Assembly (NCBI RefSeq): GCF_052425735.1
Contig: NC_135770.1
Coordinates: 35,960,001-36,024,000, forward strand
DNA: 64,000 bases
From: Oculina patagonica
Lineage: Eukaryota
Direction of reading: 5' to 3'
The notes beneath the pieces were generated by a model, which saw only the letters and a list, made by a program, of their open reading frames with translations, ran no database searches and was not told the origin of the DNA. Shown here piece after piece: positions 49,501 through 61,721 of this stretch (positions within the stretch are counted from its first letter, which is position 1; each line of letters begins with the position of its first letter). The position numbers and the translations under genes were made by a program.

Positions 49501-52500
49501 AGTTCTCGTATTTTACTGACCCGGTGTTGTACATAAGGTTTCCATGCTTTAGCATTTTTGATCCAACACAGTGTGGTGAATGAATCAGTCCATAGAAATG
49601 TTCCTTCAATGGGGAGAACGGATTGTATCGTTTGCTGCGTTGAATGAACTAGCTGGGCTAGCAATGAAGCTCCTAGCAGTTCCAACCTGGGAATTGACTG
49701 ACGTTTGATTGGGGCTACTCTCGTCTTGGATGTCATGATGTTGACTTGTGTTTCACCATTGCTGAATTCGGTTCTCAGGTACACAACTGCTGCATAGGCT
49801 CTTTCCGACGCATCTGAAAATCCATGGATCTGATAGGAGCATACGGTTGACTGCGTCGGTGAATAATTGGCATAACATCGGGGAACTCGGATGTTCTTCA
49901 GAGCATTTAGGTCATTAATGAACGTTTTCCACTTTGCCAAAGCCTCTCCTTCCAAGCTTTCATCCCAGTTGACCTTCTCGACACATAGACATTGGAAGAG
50001 GACCTTCATGCTGATTGTAAACGGAGTTAACAGTCCAATCGGATCAAAGATTTTAGCTGACAGTTTCAGTACAGATCGTTTGGTAGCTGGAAGGGCTTCT
50101 GCATACTCGATTAGCTCAGAGAGGTCATAATGAAATTCGTCTCGGATCACATCCCAATAAATCCCGAGTATCTTCACAAATTGTTCGGTTTCCGGTTTAA
50201 CATCTTTGGCACTGGCTGACTCTTCTCTCTTGAGATTTTGTGCAGTTTCGCTTTCTTCGGCAGGGGCTTCCATAGCTGACTTGATTTTCTTGAGCTTGAT
50301 TTTCTCGCGGAATGACTGACAGTTAGAATTCCACTTGCGCAGTGAGAATCCTCCATCTTTCATGATTTCCTGTGCTTTGTCGTACAAGTTCACAGTTTCA
50401 TTTTCGCGAAACACTCCTCCTGCCAGATCATCAACGTAGAGGCTCGAACTTAACAAAGATGTTACTTCCGGTTCCTTTTCTTCGTACTTAGACAGATGGT
50501 GTTTTATGGTACTTGCCAGGATAGCTGGACTTGGAGTTAAGCCAAACACAAGCCTTCGAAACTGGAATTGCTTGATTTGCGGACAATCTTTCTCGATATC
50601 ATCGAACCATAGAAACCTCAGCATTCTTCTGTCTTCTGGGTTGATCTGTATCTGATGGAAGGCCTTTTTGATGTCAGCTACTACAGCAAATGGATAACCT
50701 CGAAACTTAACCACAATATCAAATAGGTGTGGCACTAAGTTCGGTCCTTTCTCTAAACACTCGTTAATGGAGGCAGTTGACTTGTCGGATTTGGCTGAAC
50801 CATCAAATACAACTCTCAATTTCGTAGTTTCCCGGTCTGACCGAATTACGCCATGATGAGGTAAGAAATGCATTGGAGCTTGGTCGTCGTCAAGTTCTGG
50901 TACGGCTTCGATAATCCCTGAATTGATTTGATCCTTGATCACATTGTCATAATCTTTTAACAGTTCCTTGTTTTTCTTCAGTCGCGAGTGCAGCTGTCTC
51001 AATCTTGTAACACACAATTCGTATTCGTTTGAAGCAGGAACAAGACTTTCTTTCCACGGCAGACCTACTTCGTATCTTCCTTCCGTCTCATCGAAATGAA
51101 TGCTCTCCAGGAACTCTTTACCATCTGACTGTGAGGCAGGTGGTTCCTCTCGTGTCACATGGGCTCAAGGTCATTAATTCTGGTCTCTCTATGATGAGAT
51201 TTGTAGTTGTAAACTTCTCTCTTGATTCTTCAGCACTTGTGGGACCAGACAAGACCCATCCAAACATGCTGCTAACTGCTACAGGACCACTGCTGCCACG
51301 AATGACATCCCCAGACACAATATCGAAGTAATAATCGGATCCAATTAGCACATCTATGTCCTGTTGACCTGTTTCAGCGATGCTGATGTCAGCAAGCTCG
51401 AGACCTTGTAGATGTGTGTGATTGTCAATGTTAACTTTAGCTGACACCGCCGAGCAAATCTTTGGGAAACATAGCGCAGATATTTCGATTTCTCCTTGAG
51501 ATCCTTGTAACCGCAAGCTGACGACATCACATTGTTGCTTTGTGTATCTTTCGTCTCCAAAGGTGTTAAGATGCAATGTTTCTGACTTCACAGGGGACAG
51601 ATTAAGCCTTGATTTCAATCGGTTTGTGACGTAGGTGCGTTGACTTCCGGTGTCCAGAAGAATTCTGACACGTGCGGTTTTAGAATTGACATCGTTAACA
51701 GCCACGGCTTTAGCTGTTTGCAAGAGCACAGTTCCCTTTGCCTTGTTGCTCACTGTTGTCGTTGTCTTCATTTCTTCGGCTGAAACTTCTTTCGGTTTTC
51801 CTTGGTCAAGCGTGGAACAAATCGACTGATGATGCCGCTGTTGGCAGTGTCGACATTTTTTTGGATTCGTGCACTCCTTCGTTTCGTGATCAAAACGCAA
51901 ACAATTGAAGCATCGTTTATCTCGTTCCAAAATACTTCTTCGTTGAGCTGTATCTCGTACCACGCCGCATGATGCAGAATAATGCTCGTTTCGACAATAG
52001 GCACATTTGATTTTGAAGCTCCCACCTTGCTGAGAGACGAGTGAATTCGCAGTTGGCGTTTGATTTCGAAATTTTGAATCACGGCCGGGCGATTGAGATT
52101 TCCCGCCTTCGCTTGTTTTCGCCATGGTCATCTCGCTTGCTTCCCGCGCTTCAACTTCAACCTTTATCACGTTTAGCAACTCCTCAATTTTCCACACAGA
52201 ATCCTTAGAGTTCCTGGCTATCTGCAATCGGATCTCAGGTGGCAACTTAGACATAATGACAGGAATTAAGAGGCTTCCGTATTGATCCGAAGTTACACCG
52301 AGCGACGCCAAACCGCGGGAATGAACACAAATTTGATCGTAGACGTATCGAAGGCTGGCTGGGCGATCATTAGAACACGGCGAAACCTTGAGAAGCTGAT
52401 CCATATGTGCGCTGATAATTTGTTGGGGACGCCCGAAACGTTCTTGTAATAATTTGATTGCTGCGTCGTAGTTTGCTTCGGATAAGGTAAGACCCTGGAT

Positions 52501-55500
52501 AGCTCGAGCGGCGGCCCCTTCAAGGACAGAATTGAGGTAGTTGAACTTGTCGATGTTGGAAATCCCTTCGTTACGATGTACCGCCGATCGAAACGAATCC
52601 CAGAAGGTATTCCACTTGGTTACATCTCCTTTAAACTTCGGAAGGTACAGCTTCGGTAATCTCGTACGGACTGCATTTTGATTCACTGGCTGTGCAGTCG
52701 TTTGAGGTGATCCCACGTGTTGCTGACTTGGCATGTTTACCTTGCTCGCATTCTCGATTTTGCACTTCAGACGAATAATTGAGGCAGTAAATTCTTCTGA
52801 CTCTTCGATTTCTTTATCAATCGTTGTAACCTCGCATACAGATAATATTTCTTGGTCCATTTCGATTAGCGACTCTTGTTTTCCATCCAAGAGTTGTCTT
52901 ATAACACTGAGCCATTCGAAATCCTTGTCTTCGCCTTGCAATATTCTGCTTAATTCTTCATCCAGTTTCAATACATATCGTCGGTGTCCTTCACGGATAA
53001 CTCGCAGTCGTTCCAAATTCGATGTAGTCGCTTGCATACTCGATGTACTTGGTTTGTCGGGTGTTTTCTTCGATTTAGTCTTTTTGGGAGGCATTGCAAT
53101 TGAAAAGTTGCCCCACGTTGGGCGCCATTTAGTGAACACAACAAGACATGTTTATTCGTCGTCGAGTCGATATTACAAGATGGTGCAATATATAAACCAC
53201 GTGATCGCCTAATTTGACTACATTAATAAATTTACATAAATTATATGAAAATGTTTACAACATTGATAACAGGAAAAATAACAGTTTCTTTAATCGCCTA
53301 GCAAGGGAATTTAAAATCTCGAGAGACGCTTAATCGTAGGTTTGCGCGTTAACCGGCTTTCACACAACTGGGACCATTGCCCCAGTTATTGCAAACGTAA
53401 ATGAAGAGAGAGAAGACTTACGGCTTGACTTCTTCTACGCTTACTAGAAACTTTTCCCTCGTATAACACGGTGAAGTCGTGAACTACAGCACAACAGAAC
53501 TGTTTTCTAATGATTCAACAGTCTTCATTGCACTTCATTTTTTAACTCGCATTTTCAGAACTTTATGATTGGTTCAAGAAGATTTCGCAATGTATCTTGA
53601 GCAATCAGAAACAGAGCGGCATTTTTGTTGTTTGGCGCGTTTCAGTTGCTAAACGCGCCAAAAAAAAAACACAAAAAACTTACCTCTGAAACCAGGAACG
53701 ATTAATTGGAAACTGATCAGAATTCATTTACAAACGCTAACTGTTAGATCAGATACATAGGCTTGATATCTGACTATGTATCTTGGAAAAAAGTAAGCCG
53801 CCTGAAAAGTTAAGATAGAGACATGTAGCATGTGAACAGACAAAAAAAAGGAAAGGAGCGACCAGCGAGAAAAATAACCACAGCAAATAAACTATTCTCC
53901 TTTCATGTTTTGCAGGTAGAACACGAGAACTGCCCTGAACAGAGAGGACTTGTGAGGTTTGTTTTTTATTCAGTATTTTTAGCGCAGGACTCGTGTTCTT
54001 ACAAAACTTATTTGCCTCACAACCTTAGCCTGTGTACAACCTTTTTTAATGATACTCGTCGTTGTTCTTTCAGAGGTGAAATCATCATCGGAGGTTTTGT
54101 TGTAAAGGAACTGAGTTCAGATCCTCCTAGTTGTCTTGTCACGTACATAACACGCGTGGATTTGAAGGGTAAGTTCAGCTTGTTCCTCCATATTGTTTAT
54201 AAGGGTTGTGTTGGGGACAGTTTGTTGTCCTACGCACCTCCGTACCCCCCTCGTGTGGGTCACGGGATCTTGGAGGCCATGTGCTTTTCGCAGTTTGTGT
54301 GTGCGAAGCGTTTTCTGAAAGTTTGATTATTTGATCGCTTTTCTTTTGTTTATTTGCCATCGATGTTGGATATGAGGCCGGAAGATGTCCAAAAAATATC
54401 TGACTTCGACGATTCCGTCGACAACTCTTCCAACATGCGTGTAACAGATTAAACATCTCTCAGTGCCCGAAGTTTGTCTTGTGGTTTTATTCAACAGGTT
54501 GTTTACCTGGAGCGAGGGGTGTGTGATCGAGGGGGTAGGCGGTATAGCCCAAACTGAAAAGGGGAGGGGAAATTCAAGTGAAGGCGTGCACAAAACAGCA
54601 TCGCTTCTGCGTAAATTCGTTGTACTTGCTGTCAATAAAAGCGACTTTTAGTTTGGACTACGAGTTCGAGATTGAGTGCGAGTACGAGTTTCAAACCAAC
54701 TTCATGTGTCTCCTATAATCACTTATTACACCCAGTAACGTTATTTATGTGCAAGTCAGCAACAGGAAAGTATTATAGTTCGGGGATACAGTTGTCTCGA
54801 AATCAGATCTCGTAAATCTCGCAGATCTCGTAGTCAAATCTAATATTTCGCCTTCAACTCTTTGTTAGACTGTCCCGTCAGACGAGGGTTTATTACGGGG
54901 AGGGGGGTGGAAATGGTGGAGTGGGGTGTTAAGGAAATCGGAAACTCAAAAGCTAAGAGAGGCTGGGGGGTCAGGACATCTCCTCTGTTTATCTCTCTCT
55001 TGTTTTCGCCAACTTTTCAATCGTGTTAAAGTGCATATGAAGCGAAATTTTTCTCTGCCGTTTTTAGTTCGTCAATATGTAACTTTAGTAATCAGACTTT
55101 TCAGTTGTGGAATTTTTATCGTTTGCATTCAGGAAATCTCCCCGCTCGACTTGTAAATAGAGTAACAGCATCTCAGCCCCAGGCTGTCGCCGTTCTACGG
55201 GACAAGCTAGAAGCTCTTTACCAGGCAGATGTGGAATCTGGCGGTAAAAACATGTCGCAGATTCAAAAGGAAGGCGTGGATTTATGGGTAGAGTTAATGA
55301 AAGCGAAGGAGTCTCGAAACCCACACAGGGAAGAGAACGGTGAGCAGGAGGAAAGAGAATCTCTTCAAGGCTGGAGTTTAGTGGAAACACACTACAGCGA
55401 GAGCTTACAGTCCTCTACTGATATGGCGGATAAACTCGAAGCAAGTAATATTTCGGTAAGAGGAGTGTTAGTGACAAAATTGTGACACAGTTTTCCAAAG

Positions 55501-58500
55501 GGCCTATGGATGAATTTAATTCTCCATTTTGTTTACTTGTAACAGGACTCAGGGGAAATGTTTCCAATCACAGAAGAAAATATGCAACTTCCACTTGGTA
55601 AGGGTAAGACCATGAGACTATTATCTTTTGATCCTTATAGCAAACGAGTTAAATGAAATCGAAGAAACATTGATCAAGTAAAGAATCAACTTGGTTAATC
55701 TTTGATCCGTTGTTATCCAAGAATGATTTTTCCTTTGTGAAATGGCCACAAGTATATACTGCGAGCATCCCTTTTCCTCTGATCCTATGCGCGAGGGTAA
55801 CTTCTGCTGAAAACAACGCGACACTTCGGCGGCTTGTTTCTCGCTCGATTTTTCCGACACTTCGCTTTCTTATGCGCCATCGTTATAACTCCTATAGTAG
55901 AGTATATGTTTATAGTGTTTATTACCTAACAGGAGACGTGAAATCTTTCAATAATTTGCCAAGTTGTCACATCGGGCACTTCCGAAAGCGATTCGAAAGT
56001 TTCCGATTTTTGAGAGCGGTAAGCTAGTCGTTCATTATACTTATCTGTTTTGTTTTTGTTTTTCCATAGTGGACAGACATCACATAGATTTTCGAACTCT
56101 TGGCAGTCAAGCGGCGGCTAATCTGCTAGGGGAGGTAATGGATCTTTTGAAAATGAATTCTGATCTCTCTGAAATCTCTCTCCTTACGTCGGTGTTTTTC
56201 GTCTATCCTTTCCTAAAACTTGTTTGGGGGTCAAAGCCGGGATAATGTTGGAGGACAAATTTCCTCTGAGGTTAACAGAACCGAGAACTGTAGCCCTTGT
56301 CATAAAAGGTTGCTGGGCAAAACGACTTGGGTTCAATGCGAGTAAATTCTCATCACCTGTTTGTTTGACAGTGTACGAATGTTGTAAAGAGAAATTCACT
56401 GTTGATCATAATGTTGTTTAGGTGCTACTGGCTTCTAAAGTGGAAATATCCATGTCAGAGGAGTTGAGTGAGCTGGTAGCCAGAGAGCGAGAGTGGAGGT
56501 AAAGTATATATCAGTTACTAGCAGTTTTTGTTTCGAAAATTTTATATGAACGTTTGAAAAGTCTTGCAGTTTTTGTCAAGCCCGTCCAACGATTTCTTTT
56601 CCCAAATCCTGACTCCAAACTGTTTTTGGCACTTTCTTGCGGTCAGAAGGATTACGAGGACTGCAGATGATTTGTCATTTAAACCGATCTCCTAGACCTG
56701 AGCACAAATATCGCGAGATAAAAAATAACAATAAAATAATAATTCCTTCTACTGCATGAGTTCAGTTTTTTTTGTTAGTTTTTGTCTTCTTTCGTTCTTT
56801 ATCTCCAAGGTTGCCTATCTCTTTTCTAGCCCCAGTCCTTAAGAGGCAGTAAGCTGCGTCGTCGGAGGTTTGTGTAATCTAGACTTACTTTTGTTCTTTT
56901 TCTTTACCTTTGTAGTTATCAGAGCATTGAAAAAGACGTTGTAATATTAAGAAAGGTCAATCCAGGAGAAAAAATAAACAGGTTGAGAATTTTTTCTTAA
57001 TTATTATTTTTAATGTGGCAGTCTATGAATGGAACTGTCTCTCCCCGCTGGCCGGGAAGAAATAGGGTTAAAATCGGGTCGGGTGTCAGCTCTCGCCAGG
57101 CCTCACGTGAATGGTTCGCACCCTTCAAGAGAACAATAGAACAAACAACAGGAACAATGCCCAGGCTAGCCCAAAACAATAGCAACGGCTACATTAGAGG
57201 ACTAGTAGAATTACAAGCGTACGAGAGCTGCTATTCTCTCACGATCGCGCTTCAAGCTCTCTTCTTTTCCCGCGCTGTTGTTGTCATGAATCATTTTGAG
57301 CTAGTTTTGTAACACAAGAACGAGAGTTCAAATTCTTGCTCTAGTTTGATCGCCAACTCTCATGTGCTATTATTGATTATTGTAAAAAAGATGTAAATAG
57401 TGGTCATGTACTTAGCTTCATATCTCTTCGAGCTTTCTCTTATCAAAGCTTTCTAAAAAAAACTGTTCTACCTTTTACGAGAGTCGACGAGTTTTTTCTC
57501 GTTTGGCAAGCAATTAACTTTAGCGTACAGCGCGCGCTCTCTTCAACGGAGTTTCTGGAAAGTGGAGTTTTGCACAGGTCTAATAAGATGACAAACTACT
57601 CATCGTGAAAGGAAAATATCATGCTGTCTGCGGTTAAATAATTGTTTAACTATGTTTGTGCTGCAATTAGCTTAAATTCCTTCTTCTTTTTAAAGTTTCT
57701 TAGGTAAGGGAATGATCAAAGTAAAACCGCCAACAGTGTGGCAAGCTGTCCGAAATCACATGACACGTCATGTGTACGACAGAATGCTGAAGGTAAATAA
57801 ATCAACATTTTATGCATGTTAACTTGTTTCTCTTTTAATTGCTCGTTAATTTTATTAGTGGTTTTATCTACCAAGCTTTTGAATCAGCTTGGCAAACTAC
57901 TGATCTGTCAGTCGGAATCTTATCTCCGAGAATTTATTGGGCCAGCGGTTTTCGGCTTGTTGCTAAGCAACAAGGCGTATCGTGACTATTTCTGATTGGT
58001 CGGTTAGACTTGGAAGCTCTTGCTTTTTGTTCCACGCCTGACTGTTTTTCTTGAATTACGTTTTGTGCTTTTAGTTTTCCTTCGTTATTTGTTTCTCTAA
58101 CTTTGTTTTATTTGTATTTTAAAGAAAACCAAGTTGGTCCGGCAAATCGATGATCAGACAAAGATTAGTAAGTTTTTATAGTAATTTATAACTGAAGACA
58201 GTAAATTAGGGAGTGAAGTTTATTATGGTAATGGCAGATAATTTGTCATTGCGAATGTTCCGTTCTTCCCCTGTTAGAGAGGCGTCTTGGGTTTGACTAG
58301 GACAATTTCATACTGATGGCGAAGTTCACTAATTGGTTGTTAGAGCGGTTTTCACTTGAGTGTCGAAAAAAATTTGCGTTTGCTTTGGTTTTGCATAACT
58401 ACGCTTAGTGATTGGTTAAAGAATCTCGCGCCACTTTCTTAGCCAATCAGAAGTAAAACCGAAACCAATCGTGACTCGGTCACGAACGTTTTTCCGCGCT

Positions 58501-61500
58501 TCGTGCCAGCGACATGTATTTGCTTCGAGATTTGATTGGCTGACTGGATTGTCTGTGTCCTTTGTGATTGGCCAGAGTAGTAACTTTGGTTTTGGTTTTA
58601 CTACACTTAATTGAAAAGTGCTCTACTTAAATTGGAACGTTTTTTGCGCAAGCAACAACCAGTCAGTGACACAACACGCATCTCTGTAGAGTTACGTCCA
58701 GTCATCAGTATAAAAATTTTTTTGGTCGAATCTCAGACGTGTTTTGGGCGGGAGAAAGAAATGATAAAAAACGCAAACAAAAATTCGCCAAATTTGACTG
58801 CTGTCAGTGTATCTGGCTTCCCATCTTAGTTGGAAGAGTAAGAGTATTTCTCTGATTAAGCTGAGGCCACAAGTTCAATTCGCGTTGAAGCCTTCAAATT
58901 TTTCAGGCTTCTTTGCAATTACTTAGATTGCAAACATAGCTGGGTGGCCATTTCTTCGATGTACAAAACAGTGCAACTGGTTGATGTTGAACTGCTCGAT
59001 AAATGTTTCGTTTAAATGAACAAAAAAGTAAAGTTTGTACCATGCAGGTTGGTTAAGATATCAGCCTTTTTCTTGAGCAGTCACAAGTTAACCAAACAAA
59101 CAACCATAGCTTGCACCACATTTTCCTTTCCTTAGATAGTGCAGCTATCTTCACAAGCATTTCCTACCAAAAAGTGCATCATTTCTCTCATTGTCTTCTT
59201 CTAGGAGATTTATTGCTTTTTATTTCGTCTTTTTAGTTTATCTACATCACGAAACAACACAATGCTTCGTGAAGCAGTCCCGCGATTTCGTTGTGTTGAC
59301 AGCGGAACGGGTCGAGGTGAGATTACAGTGGTGTTCAGATGATGTGAAATGTGAAATATAAAACTAACCCTTTCCTAGTAAGGCTTATATGTGTGATCAC
59401 TGTGAAACTTGCCAGCATAATCGTGGAGATTGGAATTAGTAAATCAATCATAACTACATCGAATCGACGCAAAGGATAAGACAAGTTCTGCCCGAAAACT
59501 GCGAGCTCTTTATAGCTAGGTGTTAAGCTAAGATGAGTTGAATCACGTTTTCTGGTCTTAGTTAGCCTTCATCCCTGTGTAAATGTCACAAATCCTTTTA
59601 GCCCTCTATAGTTTGGGTCCAGTTGAGGGAAACGAAGTAGATAATAGCCCAATTTCGATATTTTAAAATTCAGCCTAAAACAATTTAAAACAATTCAGCC
59701 CAAAACAACACTACGAGGCTCCGGGGAATAAACTCCACAAACTCTATAGTTTGGTCCCCGGAGCCTCGTCCTGAGGTCTATTGTTTTAGGCTGAATTTTA
59801 ATATATCGAAATTGGGCTATTACAATGTTTAAAAAAAATGCGAAAATTGAAAGTTGGTGATTTTTTTTTCGTAGCCTGAAAGATATGTACTCGCTGCAAC
59901 GTCAATCGAGATACCAGAATTACCACCAACCAAAGAAATTATAAGAGGAAAGGTAGGTCAAGACTATTTCTTTTAACCAGTTTTCATATAGCTGCATAGC
60001 TGGACTGAGATATCCGAGCGTGAGCCGATCCTTGCACGAAGCATCGTCGTGCCGGCGAATACACGGGAGAGTGTTGGTATCATTTTTCATCTGAAAACTA
60101 AATCTGCCGACAGGGAACTTTTCTGCCTTCAGAGAACCGGAAGATGAAAAACACAGAAAAACGAAAAATGTCTCACTTCTGATAGGTCTTGTTATGTCTG
60201 GTTTATAACCCAGTTGTTAATATGCAACCATCTCTTTCCAGATTCACTCCAGTGGTTGGATAATTGAGCCCGTGCTACAAAATGGTCAGCTGTATTCCAT
60301 GGTGTCCTATCTTTCTCAGGTAATAGAGCGTTGTCATGTGACGTCATGACCGCCATATTGGTATAATTTTCGGAAAATTAGTTCTGTTTCAAATTAAATA
60401 TTTCCAATTATTTACTTGCTCTAAAACGTGACTAGGTACAGTTTTAAAGCGGTAAAAGATGCACATAATGTAAAGAAAAGGAAAAGAAAAGAAAAGAAAA
60501 TCGAATAAGCCATAAACATGTGATTTAAGGTGGCTTAATACAGTTTTGAGAGGGCAAATCAGTCCAACCTTTAACTCTCTTGTACAATCTCCAGAAAAGT
60601 TTTGTCTTTCTCTAATCACTGTTTGTTACATCCTAAAACCATCTAATGCGATATTTAGAAAATAAAAATGCTAATAAACAGCTTAAATGAAGGGCCGAGT
60701 GCTAAAGAGGGGACTGGCACTAGTAGATTAAACGGCGTTTTTCTCAAAATCTACCCGTACGACCCTACCTCAAAATTTCAGAAATAAGAAATTGGCTTTC
60801 ATTTATCATTCATGCAACATTATATAAAAATCTGTAAGACAGATTTTTCGCAAAATATGAAAATGTGATATTTTGCCGCTTTTTTAAATAGCTCAAAATC
60901 TGTCTTACAGATTTTTTCAAAATTTTGGCTGTGGACGTGGTTCACCCCTTAAACTTAATTGTGAAAGTTTCATAATAGGTTGTACGGTAGGTTTTTGAGA
61001 AAATCTGGATCAAAATCTGGCTTTTACGACCTCCGAAGCGAATCAAATTGCGCTTACGAGCGCGCGCTAATATGACGCCATGCGTCGCGAGCGATAATGA
61101 AAGACAGAAATTAGAACTTCTCTGTCGGTTGTTTATCCACCTTTCTGTCGTATTGTTTTTCGTCCCAGGTTTCAAGACCTATCTGAAAGTATTTTGAAGT
61201 TTTCTTTTTTATATAAATTTGGTAAAGCGCGGTAAAACAGATGGAACTCTTTTTCGTTTTTGTTTAGAGTTGCTAGCGCCATTTTAGCCCGCGCGAGCAA
61301 TAATGACGTCAAGCAGAAAATCGTAGCGCGCGCCTTTGAGCCACGTAAAAACTGTATTCGGCCACCACTTCGGTAAACATTTTTAGAAAGAAAACTGCGC
61401 AGATTCCCGTGAATTTTAGTTATATTTTTGCAGATTAGATAAATAATTAAAATATTTTGTTTCTTTTTTCAAACAGAAATTTCATCTTGTCGCTTAAAAA

Positions 61501-61721
61501 TTTCAAGATCAAAAATCTTTTACTTATTTCCTTTGGAGATTATAGAGATTTTAGTCACTTTGGGGGGATTTTTTTTCTTCTTTATTTCTTTAAACTTGTT
61601 CACTGTCTTGTAGGTTGACTTTGGAGGTGTTGTTCCTGCCAGGCTCTTGAATCTCGTGGCCCGACGCCAGCCGCTTTGTATTGCTTATCTCAGAGATTAC
61701 TTAGAGAAAATGGAAAGATGA
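35940..61721 (+). CDS. Multi-exon protein with an N-terminal hydrophobic segment and three START-like lipid-transfer domains (third is STARD9-like); ~840-870 aa
   Basis: Probable exon 1 is 35940-36023 (MFSLLWLLYLFLTSAVVAFFTFALFFRK); its link to 37874 is uncertain. Then 23 phase-compatible exons: 37874-38023, 38371-38564, 39015-39136, 39329-39571, 40019-40101, 40300-40349, 40471-40560, 41070-41224, 45269-45303, 45710-45820, 53916-53956, 54074-54168, 55133-55455, 55546-55597, 56070-56134, 56422-56498, 56916-56981, 57696-57792, 58125-58167, 59237-59316, 59875-59952, 60242-60319, 61614-61721. START motifs: MEWDPSV, RGEWDDLF, PVWPASGRDFC, VDLKGNLPARLVN, KQSRDFV, VDFGGVVPARLLN..RQPLCIA. Confidence 0.85.
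37142..37842. repeat. Compound (CAGT)n/(CCAT)n microsatellite with an embedded (AAT)n run
   Basis: Long degenerate CAGT arrays; perfect AAT run at ~37492-37537. Confidence 0.9.
40748..41010 (+). mobile_element. Degenerate tRNA-derived SINE
   Basis: GGTGGCCTAAAGGTTAG (A-box-like) and GGTTCGAGCC (B box), followed by a SINE-body-like segment ..CAGGTGTATAAATGAGTACTGG..CATCCAGGGGGAGTAGAAATACTC. Confidence 0.6.
42090..42834. repeat. Local direct duplication (~42090-42274 vs ~42591-42834)
   Basis: TTGAACAACAGTAGATTGC and GTCAAACGGTCTCTTGCTCACAG...GGGAGTATTTTGCTT each occur twice with a few substitutions. Confidence 0.8.
43211..43340 (-). mobile_element. 5'-truncated LINE fragment (L2/CR1-group ORF2 C-terminus)
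   Basis: YGKFNIRFFGAKVWNSI...FKNLLKELIISNY* resembles the typical post-RT C-terminus of these LINEs. Confidence 0.6.
44228..44941 (-). CDS. TPMT: Thiopurine S-methyltransferase family protein, intronless, nested antisense in an intron of the START gene
   Basis: FW..[49 protein letters not shown] and [10 protein letters not shown] are TPMT-family motifs. Likely ATG at 44941, with an alternative in-frame ATG at 45013. Confidence 0.92.
   Translation of the reverse strand: [237 protein letters not shown]
46398..46532 (-). repeat. 3' LTR
   Basis: Direct repeat of 53128-53262; bounded by the TSD and the PPT. Confidence 0.92.
46726..48120 (-). pseudogene. BEL pol 3' part: integrase (Zn-binding, DDE core, C-terminal domain), frameshifted near 47380
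   Basis: H..IKHSG...CVTC, PFAHTGLDFIGP, FTCASTRAIHLE and LSDNAKTF in one frame; APWWGGFWERMVK, NARPLT, LTPSHL and W.LGKIEELLPGRDG in another. Confidence 0.88.
48121..49077. mobile_element. Non-autonomous TTAA-targeting DNA element (Kolobok-like termini), 957 bp, inserted in BEL pol
   Basis: TIR GGTCGCGGGGGATACCT / AGGTGTCCCCCGCGACC with TTAA at 48117-48120 and 49078-49081. Removal restores SRKEL-NAQELNQAE in frame. Confidence 0.85.
49078..51158 (-). pseudogene. BEL pol: reverse transcriptase and RNase H (Pao peptidase A17 region)
   Basis: FLPHHGV, KLRVVFDGS, ADIKKAFHQI, LVFGLTPSP, LYVDDL, FDPIGL, IHGFSDASERAYAA, IPRLELLGA, NPADLPSRG. Confidence 0.9.
51118..53094 (-). pseudogene. BEL gag (DUF1759-like, triple Zn knuckle) and aspartic protease; out of frame with RT
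   Basis: ATG at 53094 (MPPKK). Motifs RLPKLYLPKFKGD..W..FWDSF, CAYCRNEH, CFNCLRFDH, CRHCQQRHHQSIC, RILLDTGSQRTYV and FGWVLSGP. Frameshift near 51150. Confidence 0.88.
53110..53127 (-). other. Primer-binding site complementary to the 3' end of tRNA-Lys(CUU)
   Basis: Minus strand reads TGGCGCCCAACGTGGGGC, the known Lys1,2-type PBS, directly abutting the 5' LTR. Confidence 0.88.
53128..53262 (-). repeat. 5' LTR
   Basis: Starts TGTTG on the minus strand and contains TATATA and AATAAA; followed by the PBS. Confidence 0.92.
58341..58625. mobile_element. MITE
   Basis: Inverted ends TAGAGCGGTTTTCACTTGAGTGT / ACACTTAATTGAAAAGTGCTCTA. Confidence 0.65.
59642..59822. repeat. Palindromic MITE-like hairpin
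   Basis: TAATAGCCCAATTTCGATAT...CAGCCTAAAACAAT is inverted as ATTGTTTTAGGCTG...ATATCGAAATTGGGCTATTA; inner arms GAGGCTCCGGGGA / TCCCCGGAGCCTC. Confidence 0.75.

Larger units (their letters stand above)
46398..53262 (-). mobile_element. BEL/Pao LTR retrotransposon, complete termini but disrupted gag-pol
   Basis: 135-bp LTRs at 53128-53262 and 46398-46532 (134/135 identical). 5-bp TSD TTGAT at 46393-46397 and 53263-53267. PBS at 53110-53127 and PPT-like CCGGGGAG next to the 3' LTR. Domain order gag-PR-RT-RH-INT. Confidence 0.95.
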
